A stretch of DNA of 64,000 bases from Podarcis vaucheri (taxonomy: Eukaryota). Both the position numbers and the translations under genes were made by a program. Shown one piece after another: positions 25,674 to 38,877 of this stretch. Where the stretch lies: assembly GCA_965113315.1 (NCBI GenBank), contig OZ220363.1, one strand, 5' to 3'. Below the pieces are notes generated by a model. That model saw only the letters and a list, made by a program, of their open reading frames with translations, did no database searches and was not told the origin of the DNA. The stretch's first letter is position 1. Each line of letters begins with the position of its first letter.

Positions 25674-25778
25674 TTGACTCTGAAGATCATAAGACTTCTT
25701 AGCATGCAGGATTTGAGGTGTGTCCCACACATAGCATCCAATTCCCTTCAGCCATGTTAAGTCATCCTTGTACACAAC
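25674..25778 (-). CDS. NEB: Nebulin exon, 105 nt (~exon 121), WLKGIG motif
   Basis: VVYKDDLTWLKGIGCYVWDTPQILHAKKSYDLQSQ. Confidence 0.95.
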
Positions 25779-26808
25779 CTGCAAATGACAGTAGTGGGGG
25801 GGGGACACACACACAAATGCAATGAACACATTATGCATTGTTTCAAACATCTCCAGTCATACTAATGCTTTGGTCCAGTGCAGAAAAGTGAGGAGTGGAA
25901 GTGATATAAGGGATTTACGTGTATTCTGGGGCTGCCTGCATGGGTTCCAGATGACTACTACCATTCCCACTTTGAGAATTCTCTTAGAATAACAGTTAGT
26001 ATTTCTATAGAGTTCTTCAGGCATGTTACATACATCATCTAAGGCTGCTGTCCAAACCTGCCGCTGCAGAGCAACCACTGCAGCTGCAACCAAGACATTC
26101 ACGGTGGTGGCAGAAGGTGGAGCAAGCAGATCAGGACTCATTCCTGTACCAGCTTCAGGCTGCCATAGCAACTGGACCTGGAACATGCCTGATGTGAGAG
26201 CAACTCAGGATCCAGAAAATCCTGGGCCAGTTCAGCTCCTCTCTACCTTTGCAACTCTTCATCTCATGGCTGTTTGGCAGGTTAGTGGAGGGGGGGGCCA
26301 TGTGCTGGTGAAGAATCCAGCACCACCACCCCCGGCCAAAGCCTGGACTACAGCCTTGTTCCCCAAAGCATAAAATCATAAGAAGAGCCTGATTAGATTG
26401 CATCAAGGTTGACTATCCTATATCCCACTAGGTGTTTCTGTTGTCTCTAAGCAGGGCATGGAGACAACAGCCCTTCTCCTGAGGGTTTCCCTTCCTCCAC
26501 TTAACAATTGGAATTTTAGTGCCACACCGCCTCTGTAAATTGAGATGGTATTTGGCCATAATGGCTATTAGAACTTGTTGGACCTATCCTTCACCAAATT
26601 TTCCATTGGGCTGGGATAGGAGGAGTGATTTGCCCAATGCTTTCCTATGACTTTATGGATCCGGCAAGATTTGGGTTGGATGTTTCTTCTTCACAAACCA
26701 CACTGCCCCAATTTGTAAAGCAAAAGGGCAAGCTACTCACACCACCACCTTTTCCTGCTTCTCTATAGCAAATTAAATGGTTCTCAATTTGATCGGGAAA
26801 ATACATAC

Positions 26809-27006
26809 GTCGCTTAGAATTTCCTGGGCTCTTTTAGCCATAATAACATCGTGCTCCTCAGGTGAACAGTTCCACTGATGGAGGTAAGTTCGGTATTCGA
26901 GGTCACTAAGGATGTACTGGCATTTCTTAGCCAACACGTGGTTTATCATGTCGCTCGGGATATGAATGTGTGCCTTGGTGTCCTCATAATTCTTCCTGTA
27001 GGCCAG
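26809..27006 (-). CDS. NEB: Nebulin exon, 198 nt (~exon 120)
   Basis: LAYRKNYEDTKAHIHIPSDMINHVLAKKCQYILSDLEYRTYLHQWNCSPEEHDVIMAKRAQEILSD. Confidence 0.95.
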
Positions 27007-27108
27007 CTAGAAATCAGGAGATTAAGATGGAAAATGTAAGTTTGTTTTTTTCACATTATTCAGACTCAAGGAAGAGCCCCACCCAACAACAACAACAACA
27101 CTACTTAC

Positions 27109-27222
27109 CGCACTCCTTATCTTTTGGAAAGCAAGAGAATGGACAACACTTGGGAAATCATTTATTTGTGTCCCAGCCAGATAATGGCCCTTCTGCTTCT
27201 CATACACTTCTTTATATTTGAG
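27109..27222 (-). CDS. NEB: Nebulin exon, 114 nt (~exon 119)
   Basis: [38 protein letters not shown]. Confidence 0.95.
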
Positions 27223-27319
27223 CTGTGAAGTGCAAACATGGGACACGTTAGATAAGACACATAGCAGCCCCACAAGCAAACAGTGGCAAAGTAGTTAACG
27301 AGGGAAAGGTCACACTTAC

Positions 27320-27427
27320 CTCGCTGTTAATGTAATCGGCATGTTTGGCACCGACAATAGGGATGTAGTCTGGAGGCAGAGTGTACCCAATGGCCTTGGT
27401 GGATTCCCATGAATCCTTGTACAGGTT
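27320..27427 (-). CDS. NEB: Nebulin exon, 108 nt (~exon 118)
   Basis: NLYKDSWESTKAIGYTLPPDYIPIVGAKHADYINSE. Confidence 0.95.
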
Positions 27428-28145
27428 CTAGACGGCAAAAGGTGCACATGGGATATAAATGAGCAGGATGTTTTCCAACAGATGTAATCATTGAAGAGCA
27501 AAAACAAATCAAGTAAACCACTATGCATTCTCTACAGCACAATCTAGGACTCTTTCAATTTTTTCATAGCACAACACTATGTAAATACTTCCCTGAATTA
27601 AATTTCATTACCTTCACAGGGTTGTCTACTATATGACTACTATATGTCTAACTATATATGGCAGCAGCCCTCAAGGGTCTCAATGAGATGTTCTTTCCAG
27701 CTATACCTGGAGCAGAACCAAAGATGTTCTGCACTATGTCCTAGTGCTGTACCACTAAGATATGGCACCTTCCCAATGGGTGAAGCTAGTAGATGGGGAC
27801 TTGTCTAAGCTAGGGACCTAAAGTTACCTAACTGTAGCACCTATTTTCATACAATATCCTCAATGTGCTGTTCACCCAGAAGCCTGAAACTTTATCACTG
27901 AAAAGAAACACTTCCTAATTTTGTGAAATAGTTGTACAGTAGGCTACATTCCAGTTGTGCAGAAGTCAGGGCTTTCTACACATGCACAAGCAAAAGGATT
28001 GTTGCAATTAAGCAATCAAGGAGAAGGTGGAGAAGGATCACAGGCCTGGAAGGGATCACAAGTGGCCTGAGGTTCCCTACCCCTGTAGTAACACAAAGAG
28101 ACATTGAATTTTCATTATTAGATGCAAGAACAGCAATAAACTTAC

Positions 28146-28250
28146 ATCACTGTACAGTTTAGCCATATCTCTAGAATGACTCAGGGCTGGAGTGTCATCA
28201 GAACCAATGTAGTGACCTCTTTCAAGGTTAAAGGTTTCTTTGTATTTCAG
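28146..28250 (-). CDS. NEB: Nebulin exon, 105 nt (~exon 117)
   Basis: LKYKETFNLERGHYIGSDDTPALSHSRDMAKLYSD. Confidence 0.95.
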
Positions 28251-28905
28251 CTAGAGAGAGAAAAAAATTAAATAGAGTGTTAACCCATCATTCCATGTGC
28301 TACCACACACACACTAGCCTGACATATTCAGTATGCTGTGCTTCTTAAGGGATGAATGTCTTAATCAGCTTCTTGATGCATGAGGTGAACATACTAAATG
28401 CTTCATGCTGGGGTGTTTTCTTTTATCCTTCAAATTCACTAAGTTATGAAGATCATTCTGAGCTCCTTTGGGGGGTCTCGTTGTTTACCTATGTTTGTTA
28501 TTACGTCTGAATGATATAGGAAATTCAATGTCATACCATCATTTTGACAGAATTATTCTATTTATTTATTCTAATATCTTTCTCCCAAGACAGCTCACGT
28601 TAAAACAAATTACACAACACATATTCTGTTTAAACATTTCATTCTTCATGAATTGTGAGGCAACTCTTCCATACGCCACCTTAAGGGATATCCCACAAAA
28701 AATTATTTACACAAAAATACTGTCATTTCCTTTCGCAGGACTACTTTGGCATGTGGCCGTTTTTAAAATATTGTTGTATGTTCCTGAACATTTGAGCTAC
28801 ACAAATACCTTCATAGTTCTAGCTGTGGTGATCAAGAGATATGACACTTTTATAATATATGAAAGTATGTATTTACTCAGAAATTCTGATTTAAAGGATA
28901 CTTAC

Positions 28906-29010
28906 ATCACTCTGATTGATTGCGTTTGCCTTTGCCAGAACAATAGCTGGAGGGTCTTCCACAGGTGTGAAATTGGCAAAATTATTAATAGCCTCTTTTG
29001 TGTAGAGTCT
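28906..29010 (-). CDS. NEB: Nebulin exon, 105 nt (~exon 116)
   Basis: [35 protein letters not shown]. Confidence 0.95.
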
Positions 29011-29099
29011 CTGTAGGCAGACATGATTAGATTATCATAAATAACAGTAATAGGAAATGAATAGGATGCTGCCACAAATGCATGAAAATTGCATCTTAC

Positions 29100-29204
29100 C
29101 TTATCAATCAAGCTCTGAGCGTTCTTCACTTTCCGATGCTCCACTGAATCTAAGGGAATCCAGCCACAGCCGCGGATCCATTCCAGATCAGATTTATAAA
29201 TATT
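29100..29204 (-). CDS. NEB: Nebulin exon, 105 nt (~exon 115), WIRGCGW motif
   Basis: NIYKSDLEWIRGCGWIPLDSVEHRKVKNAQSLIDK. Confidence 0.95.
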
Positions 29205-29356
29205 CTGTACATATTAAAAAAGTTGAAGAATATTATTCACACCTATGCAGACCAAAAGACAAGCTGAGCCTTGATTTCCCTTCCCAGGCAATTGCTCTTG
29301 GGTATACCAATATCAAACTCTTAAATTGGTGCGATCTGACTGCATAAATCACTTAC

Positions 29357-29668
29357 ATCGCTTTGAAGGTCATATGCTTTCTTTGCCTGGATGCAGTCAT
29401 TCTGATCAGGGTGGCAAGTCCATTCATGAAGGTAATGGCGATACGGAATTTCACTGACAACATGCTGGCAGTCTCTGGCTGCAATGACGGACAGTATATC
29501 TGGAGGTATATGAATTTTGGACTTGGTTTTGTTATACGCCTGTTTATACAATCTGTCGTTCTGGATCTTGCCGGCATGTTCAAACCACACCAGTTTTGGA
29601 TCCTCTCTCATATTATTGACACCGACGTAGTGACCTCTTTGGTGGACATAGTCTGCCTTGTATTTCAG
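29357..29668 (-). CDS. NEB: Nebulin exon, 312 nt (~exon 114)
   Basis: LKYKADYVHQRGHYVGVNNMREDPKLVWFEHAGKIQND...[11 protein letters not shown]. Confidence 0.95.
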
Positions 29669-29924
29669 CTGAAAGGGGAAAACACAGGTTCTTTAAATAT
29701 CCACACTGGATCTTTCCTAATCCTAATTCTCTGGGTTATCCTTACTGAGGTAAATGATTTCATGAAAGCATATCTGCTTTGTTTACTTGGTGGTCTTCCA
29801 TCTCTGGGAATAGCATGCAAGAGTTTTCTTTAAAAGAAAATGAACCACCGAAACGAAAGATATGAAGGATGGGCTCTTTGATAGTGCAGAAATCTGTGTG
29901 ATTTTAAAGCTAAAGAGTGTTTAC

Positions 29925-30032
29925 CTCGCTTTGGACATCACTTGAATGCTTGGCATGGCGGATAGGCACACTGTCGTGAGGCAAAAGATAACCAGTAGCT
30001 TTCTCTCTTTCCCAATTCTCCTTGTACAGATG
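29925..30032 (-). CDS. NEB: Nebulin exon, 108 nt (~exon 113)
   Basis: HLYKENWEREKATGYLLPHDSVPIRHAKHSSDVQSE. Confidence 0.95.
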
Positions 30033-30123
30033 CTGTAAAACAGAGAAATAAAGGGTTAGCACCTGTCGGAAGCATAAGGACTGTCACTGCTGTCCATTAA
30101 AACAAAACATGGAAAGTACATAC

Positions 30124-30225
30124 ATGATTAAGAATCCTGGCTGCTTCTTTAGCTGCATCTAATTGTGGCGTGTCTGTCAGCGTATAGTTTGTCTTGATGT
30201 TATTCCATTCCTGGTGGTACTTAAT
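30124..30225 (-). CDS. NEB: Nebulin exon, 102 nt (~exon 112)
   Basis: IKYHQEWNNIKTNYTLTDTPQLDAAKEAARILNH. Confidence 0.93.
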
Positions 30226-30422
30226 CTGAAAAAGTAAAACATACATAATAAAAGTCTTTTAGATTTACGAGTTATATATGTATAACTAGACTCACACAAT
30301 AAAACTTGGTGAATTTTTAAAGCCCCAGTTTTCCACAGATATATGGTTTAGTTTTTGTGGATGAAGAAAATCTGTCTGACGTGTGTACATTGAACTGAAT
30401 CAAAATAAGAGGTAATACTTAC

Positions 30423-30521
30423 ATCACTTAGTATTTCCCCGCCTTGTTTGGCTGTGATATAATCAACCCTGTCAGCCACTGGTGTAAATGGTTGTTTGTC
30501 AACTTTTGTGCGATACAGTCT
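30423..30521 (-). CDS. NEB: Nebulin exon, 99 nt (~exon 111)
   Basis: RLYRTKVDKQPFTPVADRVDYITAKQGGEILSD. Confidence 0.95.
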
Positions 30522-30900
30522 CTGTGCAGAAATAAAAGAAAAGCAATGAGGCCATACAATTGATCGCACCAGCAATAAGTGAAAAGAAAGAGAGTTGAGG
30601 GGGAAATATTCAAAGACAGGGACTGTTTCCTTGTTAATGCTTGTCTTGCTTTCTGTCCTCTCCAGACCACACTCAGTAACAGAACTACCACTGCTGTGTT
30701 AGGATCTCTCATATGACAATGAGGCACTAACTTTCCAAAAAGGTTTTTTCCCCAAGTATAAAATACCCAGACCTTAATATCAAGGCTAGATATTGCCTCT
30801 CCAAGCCCAAAGTGCTGGGTGAATGAGCCAAAACTTAAGGGGGGAAACTCGACCCTGTTTCCCCCGCAAACAAAATTACTTTTGGAACCACAAAGTAACA

Positions 30901-31245
30901 ATAATAAAATAATAATAAATAATAATAAATAATTATTTATATCCCGCCCCCCCAGCCGAAGTCGGGCTCAGAGCAGCTAACAACAGTAAAATGATACATT
31001 CTAAAATCATTTCATTATAAAATCAGTTCAAATCAGATTAATGGCAACCATTGGGCTCTGTGAGGATTGCCAAAGGAGGGGGTCAGGCTGGTGGAACAGC
31101 TTCATCTTGCAGGCCCTGCGGAAAGATGTCAAGTCCCGCAGGGCCCTAGTCTCTTGTGACAGAGCGTTCCACCATCTGAAAAAGCCCTGGCTCTAGTTGA
31201 GGCCAGCCTAACCTCTCTGTGGCCCGGGACCTCCAAGATGTTTTT
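30901..31245 (-). mobile_element. LINE 3' end fragment (L2-like)
   Basis: (AAT)n tail plus tttatatcccgccc...gggctcagagcagct motif typical of squamate L2 ends; family assignment tentative. Confidence 0.55.
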
Positions 31246-31751
31246 GTGGGGGGAGGCAGGGGAAGATAATCCTGCCTCAGGAAATAGCTATGTAAAGGAT
31301 AAGGTATAGTAACAAACAAGAAATGTCAGGGGCAGGATTAGTGTTAATAAGCATCATTCTTTCCCAAATATGGGGACACAAGGTGGGGACATTAATGCCA
31401 GAAAGTGGAGCCTCCTTGTTGAAGAAATTATCATGGTTCTAGACTGCAATCCTATGTACATTTACATGAGAGTAAGTTTTATTGATCTCAGTGGGAATTA
31501 TTTCCGGATATATACTTATAAGATTGCGCAGATAACAGGTCTTTTGTATACTTGACAATATTTTGACATGAATTTGCTTTGACTTGCTTTCTATTTTGCT
31601 AGATGCCTTGTTTTGTTATACTGACATGCATTTTGCTATTTTGTGCTAGTTGTGTTGCTTTCTGCTTTACTTTTAGCCACTTTGGGCTTCCTTTGGGAAC
31701 ATAAAAAATATAAACATAAATGAAATGCAAACAAAAGAAGGCCAATTTAAG

Positions 31752-31889
31752 AAGGTGGTGGACTCTCCTTCCTTGGAAGTTTTAAAGCAAAGGATGGATG
31801 GCCATCTGTCATGGAAGCTTTAGCTGAGATCCCTGCAGGGGGTTCGATTAGATGACCCTTGAGTCCATTCCAACTCTAGGATTCTATGA
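31752..31889 (+). mobile_element. CR1 LINE 3' end
   Basis: ggactctccttccttggaagttttaaagc...ttccaactctaggattctatga. Confidence 0.75.
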
Positions 31890-31928
31890 AAATCTCTGCG
31901 ATTGATACTTTTAACTAGTTGTTATTAC

Positions 31929-32033
31929 CTCACTTAAAATGTCCTGAGCGTGTTTGACGTGATTGACAGAGACAGAGTCATTTGGCATCCAGCCAATTCC
32001 ACGCAGCCATTCCAAGTCGGATTTATAAACAGC
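31929..32033 (-). CDS. NEB: Nebulin exon, 105 nt (~exon 110), WLRGIGW motif
   Basis: [35 protein letters not shown]. Confidence 0.95.
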
Positions 32034-32679
32034 CTGCAGAGTCAGGGGAAAACAAGAACAGTTATTTGCAGCACTTTTTTCCCTGCATGGAGTGTTTCAT
32101 ACCAAACTTGATTGCTTTTAACTGAAAGGGAAAAGAGGGCTTGTTTTCCAGTGGCCTACAAAAAGAATGGGATAATAGAAAACTGAAAGGAGGAACTATT
32201 CAGGCACAGAATATACCAGGAACAAATATTTCACTCCCCACTTTGATTATGCTGTGCCTACCACCATCTTGCCTTCTGCAAGGTGGTGCTATATCCTATG
32301 TTTGTTCGACATATTCAAATCAGGTAATACAATCATGAAAAGAATGAGAGCTCAAATCTATACATAATGGAAAGCAATTATGTGCAATTATATGCATGTG
32401 CATAATTGAGGCCTCAATGTCCTGTGTGCTTTCTTAAAGACATCTGATGATTGTCCAAACATTACTGAATTTCTATATTAAAAAATCACATATAGTATGG
32501 ATCTTACCTGTTCACACAAGTATTCTAAATATTTATTATTTTTTATGAAAAGGAATGTAATAATTGTGGAAACAAAATATCAAACACTTATCATTGTAGA
32601 GGCAAATGAGAGACGAAAGAGAGCGATAGACAAGAAGCTATCAAGAAAGAGGATTTTCAACAACAACCAAAGCACTCAC

Positions 32680-32991
32680 GTCACTCTGTAATTCATACGC
32701 TTTCCTGGCTTGGATGACATCATTCTGGTCAGGGAGACACGTCCATTCATGCAGGTAGCGGCGGTAATCAATGTCACTAACAAGCTTCTGACAGTTCTTG
32801 GCCAGCAAGACGGACAGCATGTCAACAGGGCTGTGGATCTTCGTCTTCAATTGATTATATACTTTCTTGTACTCCCGCTCACTTTGCATTTTAGCGACGT
32901 GCATAGCCAGTACCATCTTGGGATCGTCGTTAACGTCTCGGCATCCCACATGGTGTCCAAGTTGCTTACGGTAGCCTTCCTTGTATTTGTA
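32680..32991 (-). CDS. NEB: Nebulin super-repeat exon, 312 nt
   Basis: [34 protein letters not shown]...[11 protein letters not shown]. Confidence 0.95.
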
Positions 32992-33491
32992 CTAATAGGA
33001 TTTGAAAAAATACATATACAATTAGAATCTTCATCTTCGTTATCTCAGCGTGTAGAAAGATTGATAACATTGGCAAGAGTTTTCCATTTAACTCTGTTCC
33101 TAAGATGCTAAACAAAGGCTGCATTCATGCTCACATTTATATCACCTATCCTTTACCTGACCTTTTTTTGACCAACGGCAGAGCTTAATATTTCATCAGG
33201 ATAGTTGACAATTTATTTGGAGCACGTGAATAGCCTTCGCCAAGATGGCACCCTTCACATGTTTCGGACAACAACTTCTATCAGTCATGTTGGATGAGGC
33301 TGATGGATGTTTTAGTTCAAAACATCTGGAGGGCACTAGGTTAGTGAAAGCTGGCCCATAATGTCCTTATATCTTGCCTTGAAAATAGAACTTTAATATA
33401 TTTTCTGTTTCCTGCATTTTAATTTCATTAGATACAAAAGTCTAGAGACAATGGATTACCAAACACTATCAAATTCTATTTGCATACTTAC

Positions 33492-33596
33492 ATCACTGGC
33501 AATTTCTCTTGAGGCTTTGGCTGTTTTGATTGGGACTGCATCTGCTCTCAGGTCAATATATTTCTTCATGTCATCCCAAGATTCCCTATAAAGTTT
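33492..33596 (-). CDS. NEB: Nebulin super-repeat exon, 105 nt
   Basis: [35 protein letters not shown]. Confidence 0.95.
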
Positions 33597-33995
33597 CTAC
33601 AATAAAAAAACCAACAACATTATATTGTCATTATCCTCTTTCAGCACTTACATATATATGAAAGCTCACTGTCAATCAGCTTTTACTTTTTCCTAATCAC
33701 TCCTGTTTTTGCAGGTAAGAGTTACAGATTATCTCCATATAAAACTAGGTAAGGAAAAGTATTTAAACTGCATGTAAGTAATTATGGATAACAAGTGCTA
33801 ACACATCTGTTTTGTGGCATCTCCACAAGCACAATAGATTGCCAGTTTGCACCTATACAGGTACAATAACCCACAGAGAATTTACATGGGTCCTTGCTGC
33901 ATAATGAACTTGTAACATCCAAAGCCCCCTTCAGCTGAGTAACTGAAGAAGGTTGTAGAGTTGTATCATAAGAAGAATGGTAGTGATTTACTTAC

Positions 33996-34100
33996 ATGGC
34001 TCACATTGATAGCATTAGCCCTGGAAAGCACAATTTCTGGTGTGTCTGGCATCAAATGGATCATAACTTTATCTTTATCCCAAGCTTCTCTGTACTTTGC
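33996..34100 (-). CDS. NEB: Nebulin super-repeat exon, 105 nt
   Basis: [35 protein letters not shown]. Confidence 0.95.
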
Positions 34101-34291
34101 CTGAAAAAAACATCGAAATTATCTTGTAATTCCTTTTGCACCAGTGCTCATATTCCTACATAATTTCTCTTTAACTGTAGGAACATGAATAACTTTTCTT
34201 TTAATACAAATAGATGCTTCATGCTACAAACTGATAGGGAGGTTGGTAGCATACTTAAAATAATGTCACATTGCTGAAAGGAGATACATAC

Positions 34292-34495
34292 AAGACTCAG
34301 TTGCTCAGCGTTAGTTTTGGCAAGGACAACTTCAGGCGTGTCAACGATGTTGGTAAATTTCAAACGATCCCGAGGAGTGCGATAAACGTTGTCACTCAGA
34401 ATTTCCTGTGCATATTTCACCTTCTTCACTTCTGGAGACTCATGTGGGATCCATCCAACCCCCCGGAGCCATTCCAGATCTGATTTATACACAGC
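34292..34495 (-). CDS. NEB: Nebulin super-repeat exon, 204 nt, WLRGVGW
   Basis: AVYKSDLEWLRGVGWIPHESPEV...LAKTNAEQLSL. Confidence 0.95.
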
Positions 34496-35148
34496 CTATG
34501 AGAGAAAATTTCAGAGAGGGAGAGCAAGATATTTCAGTTCAATCCAAGGAAATACTCTATGTGGTAAATAGAATGAATGCAACTTCAGAAAGTCAGGACA
34601 AACTTGTCTCAGTTACTTCATCAGGATCTAAGCAGTACTATCTCTCTGGACTAGGCCACAATGTTTCTTTGACCTCCAGTCATATTTCACACCAGCATTT
34701 ATAGCTTCGATCAGCACTATGCTGGCTGGGGAGTTGTGGACCAAAACATCTGGAGAGTTCCAGACTTGTGTAGATTGGGCTAGATAGAGTGGGCAGAAAG
34801 ATCATCCAATCCATACATATGATGGATTCGGTTATGGATTCATTAGCTATTTTTAGATATGCCAAGTCTATCACATCACTCTTGTCTGCATGATGTGTTG
34901 GACATTCTGAATTAAAAATCTTTCAGTTCTTCCTCCCAAGGTACTCATGATGAAATCAAGTGAAGATTAAATTACGTGAAAATGTGACAAGGCCAGTTTT
35001 CATTAACACAACAAAGTAAAAATTAAGAAAAGGAAATCTTCCACAACTATCTATCACGATGTCTCTTTTGCCTTCTGTCCTAGCAGTAATGTGTGTTTGC
35101 AAAGGACAGATATACTTACATCGCTTTGCAAAGGACAGATATACTTAC

Positions 35149-35460
35149 ATCGCTCTGTAGTTCGTAGGCCTTCCTTGCCTGGATCACATCATTCTGGTCG
35201 GGCAGACAAGACCACTGGTGCAGATGTTGACGATAGTCCACCTCACTTACTAAAGACTGGCATTGCTTGGCTGCTTGGACAGACAGCATGTCCACCGGTA
35301 TAGTAATATTGGCTTTGGATTTGTTGTAAGCTTGCTTATACAACCGGTCATTCTGCATCTTCAATACTTTGGCAGCAAATGAAAGTTTAGGGTCCTCCTT
35401 CACTGAAGGGCATCCAATGTAGTGGCCTTTCTGTTTCTCATGAGCTTCTTTGTACTTATA
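35149..35460 (-). CDS. NEB: Nebulin super-repeat exon, 312 nt (donor site duplicated)
   Basis: [34 protein letters not shown]...[11 protein letters not shown]. Confidence 0.94.
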
Positions 35461-36587
35461 CTGAGCAGGAAAGAGAATTGGAAGTTACAGTTATTTGAAC
35501 AATTTCCAGGAGATAAGTTAGAAATTCTTGATGCTTCAGTTTTTAAGGGATTTAGCTATGGAATAGTGAGAGGGTAAATAAAACATAGTAAGGATCCCTA
35601 ATTCTGTCTTTATGAAATATTTACCTGGATTTGTTATTAGGGATGAGACGGAAATGCGGGTCATTTTGCATTTAAAGTCACACTTCCATAATTCACACTT
35701 TATGAATACTGTATACAGACATGTATACGTATTAGGAAAAATTCACATGAAAATCCTAATGAATTTTTATTAGAACTACAAAAAAACCCAAAAAACAAGT
35801 CAATGTGGAAATGTGGAGAATTGATAGTTTTGCCACCCCAATTGTATACATCCTAAGCCTAAGTAAAAAGATCTATTTTTTCAAATAACTGAATAATATA
35901 TATGTGGTTGCAAATTTTACAAAGTCACAATGTCTTTTGAAAAGCACAGCCCACTTTGTGTAATAGTGAAAAGCTACTGATGAAATTTGGCTATCCAGAG
36001 TTCAGAAACGGCAATCATATGCATTTTTACTTGGAACAAAGCCCAGTTGGGCATGGTGGAATTTACCTATCGGCGTAAAAATGCATAGGATGGTGTGCTC
36101 AGGGTGCTAAACTTGATTTGGAAACTATGCAAGATTATTTTATTATTATCTTATTAATTTATATACCACCCTATACCCAGAGGTCTCTGACTTTCCACAA
36201 CTTAAGAGAAAACTTTAAAGTGGTTGTAAAGAAAGGGGAGGGGGGGAGAAACACTTGGGTGTTTTTAACAACAGGAAGCAACAAATTTAATTATTGTAAA
36301 GTCTTTACAGTGCCAAGTATCTCCAAATTTATCACAGTTAGCTCTTTGGCATTTAAAATAATGGACTATATTAAACTTTCTGATTGTTTGAAAGAAGACA
36401 CTTTCATAAATTGTAAAAGAATGGAAAGAATGATGTCATGGACATGCAGTAGAGGAACTTGTATAAGGCTGGATAAATACGGTTTTGAGGCTGAATTATC
36501 AATTGTTCATATACTTTGACATGTGCACTCATCATATGAAAAGATATAGCCATTTGAGAAGTAAATGTTAAATAAAAGAGATTGTAC

Positions 36588-36695
36588 CTCACTGGCAATT
36601 TCTCTGGAGGCTTTGGCATGCTTGACTGAAATAGCATCACCTCTTATGTCGTATCCTTTTGCTTTGGCCTCGTCCCAGGCTCCAGTGTAATGTTT
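36588..36695 (-). CDS. NEB: Nebulin super-repeat exon, 108 nt
   Basis: [36 protein letters not shown]. Confidence 0.95.
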
Positions 36696-37344
36696 CTGCA
36701 ATCAGAATAAAATTCACAGTTTTCAATGTAATAAAATACATGATGAAAACCAACTATAGACATTCCTCAATCAACACTGCGATCCAATGCAAGTTTACTT
36801 AGAAGTAAATCTGTGCTCAATGGGCCTTACTCCGAAGTAAATATGGAATGCATAGGACTGCAGCCAAAAGAGTAAAAATATGAATATACAAACACTGCAT
36901 AAATATAGCTTATACAGATATATTTGTTTGCATGCATGCATACGTCTTATATAACTGACGCCGACAATTTATTTGGGGCCTAGATAAGAAACAGAATGAT
37001 TGTGGGGAAGTACAATTTAGTAATAATAAAGCTTGATAGGCAGAAGATATTGAAGAGAGACTGACATTATCCAAATCACAAAATCATCAAAGCGTGTAAC
37101 AATGAAACACTCTGACAACGTTGGGATTGGGAACAAGTCGGTCTCTTTTTAATATCTTCTGTCCATGAAGTTCAGTTAATTCTCTTTATTACGTCTGAAT
37201 AAAAACTCACAAGTAAGAGCCAAATGCCTTCTTGTTTTTAAGAACAGTTAATGATGGGAAGTTGCATTTGACACGGCTGAATAGGTACAGATGCATCACT
37301 ACACACATTCCACTCATGGGTATATAGTTGGTTAATTCTCTTAC

Positions 37345-37449
37345 ATTGCTGATATTCAGAGCATTAATCTTGGACTGCAGCATCCCAGGGGTGTCTGAAG
37401 GAAGATGGAACTGAGTCTTCTCTTTATCCCAGGCTTCACGATACAGATT
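37345..37449 (-). CDS. NEB: Nebulin super-repeat exon, 105 nt
   Basis: [35 protein letters not shown]. Confidence 0.95.
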
Positions 37450-37593
37450 CTAAGAAGGAAGTGAAGGCATAAATGATTGCACTGCATTACAAAAACCTCT
37501 TATTTTTCAAAGGTATGCAACTATAACTCACGCGTTCCCAATACCAATTTGTCAACATAATGAATACAATAACTGGGTAATTCCCAAGCTTAC

Positions 37594-37797
37594 CTCACTG
37601 ACTTGTTGGGCATTGATCTTAGCCAGGACAACGGGTGGTGGGTCAGCAATACTTGTAAATTTCAGTGCATCTGGACGTTGCTTATACAATCTGTCATTCA
37701 GGATATCTTGGGCATGCTTCACTTTGAGCACTTCCACAGAGCCCTCTGGCATCCAGCCAATACCACGCAGCCATTCTAGGTCTTGTTTGTAGGCGTT
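37594..37797 (-). CDS. NEB: Nebulin super-repeat exon, 204 nt, WLRGIGW
   Basis: [23 protein letters not shown]...[11 protein letters not shown]. Confidence 0.95.
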
Positions 37798-38565
37798 CTG
37801 CAAAGGAAACAATTGGGCTATTAACATTATGGCTGAAAATGTTTCTTCTAATTTATTAAGAAGGCTGTTGCTGTGGCTCGACCCGTCATAATACAGAACT
37901 GCTCAGCTTCCATGGCTGGCCAATCACAAGAAGTGCATACCACTAATGTGGGTATTAATAAACAGCCCTCTTTTTATCCCCTTTCAAGCTGTATATGGCA
38001 GAACAACAACAGTACTGGCCATGCGTAATACAGATTCTAGTAAATAACTCCAGCTCAGGCAATCCAGTCAAGGAAAAATAGGCTGCTTAATGCAGCTTAA
38101 ATTAATTCTTTTCACACCTAAAATTCTCTGGAATAGAAAGTAAAAGACCAATGGAAATGGACACCTCTAGAAGTGTTTAGTTCTATGCAGCTGCCACAAA
38201 TTCAGGTTTTGGTGCCTTACTTCTTCAGATCATGGTAGAGTCAATTAGCCTTGTATGCATGGATACATGTGTTGAATTGAGGTCTCAATGCCCCCTTGTG
38301 TTCTTTCTTAAAGAAGCATGATGATTGTCCAAACAATACCAAATTTATATGTTAAAAAATTCACATGTACTATGATATGTGACATGTGTTCACAGAAGTA
38401 AAACATTTATTACTTTTTAATGAAAAAATATGTAAAAATTGTGGAGACAAAATATAATTGTAGAGCCAACAGTAATAATCCACCAAATGTCATGACAGAG
38501 GAAAGAGAGTGATAGACAAGAAGCCATCATAAAAGAGATATTGCAACAATAACAAAATCACTCAC

Positions 38566-38877
38566 ATCGCTCTGTAATTCATAGGCTTTCCTGGCTTGGA
38601 TGACATCATTCTGGTCAGGCAGGCAGGTCCATTCATGCAAGTAGTGGCGGTAATCAATGTCACTAACAAGCTTCTGACAGTTCTTGGCCAGCAAGACGGA
38701 CAGCATGTCAACAGGACTGTGGATCTTCGTCTTCAATTGATGATATACTTTCTTGTACTCACGGTCACTCTGCATTTTAGCTACGTGCATAGCCAGTACC
38801 ATCTTGGGATCGTCGTTAATGTCTCGGCATCCCACATGGTGTCCAAGCTGCTTACGGTAGCCTTCCTTGTATTTGTA
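38566..38877 (-). CDS. NEB: Nebulin super-repeat exon, 312 nt
   Basis: [25 protein letters not shown]...[11 protein letters not shown]. Confidence 0.95.

Larger units (their letters stand above)
32400..35710. repeat. Intragenic duplication block A (paralogue of 38275-41760)
   Basis: Five exons and the intervening introns align end to end by eye. Confidence 0.93.
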
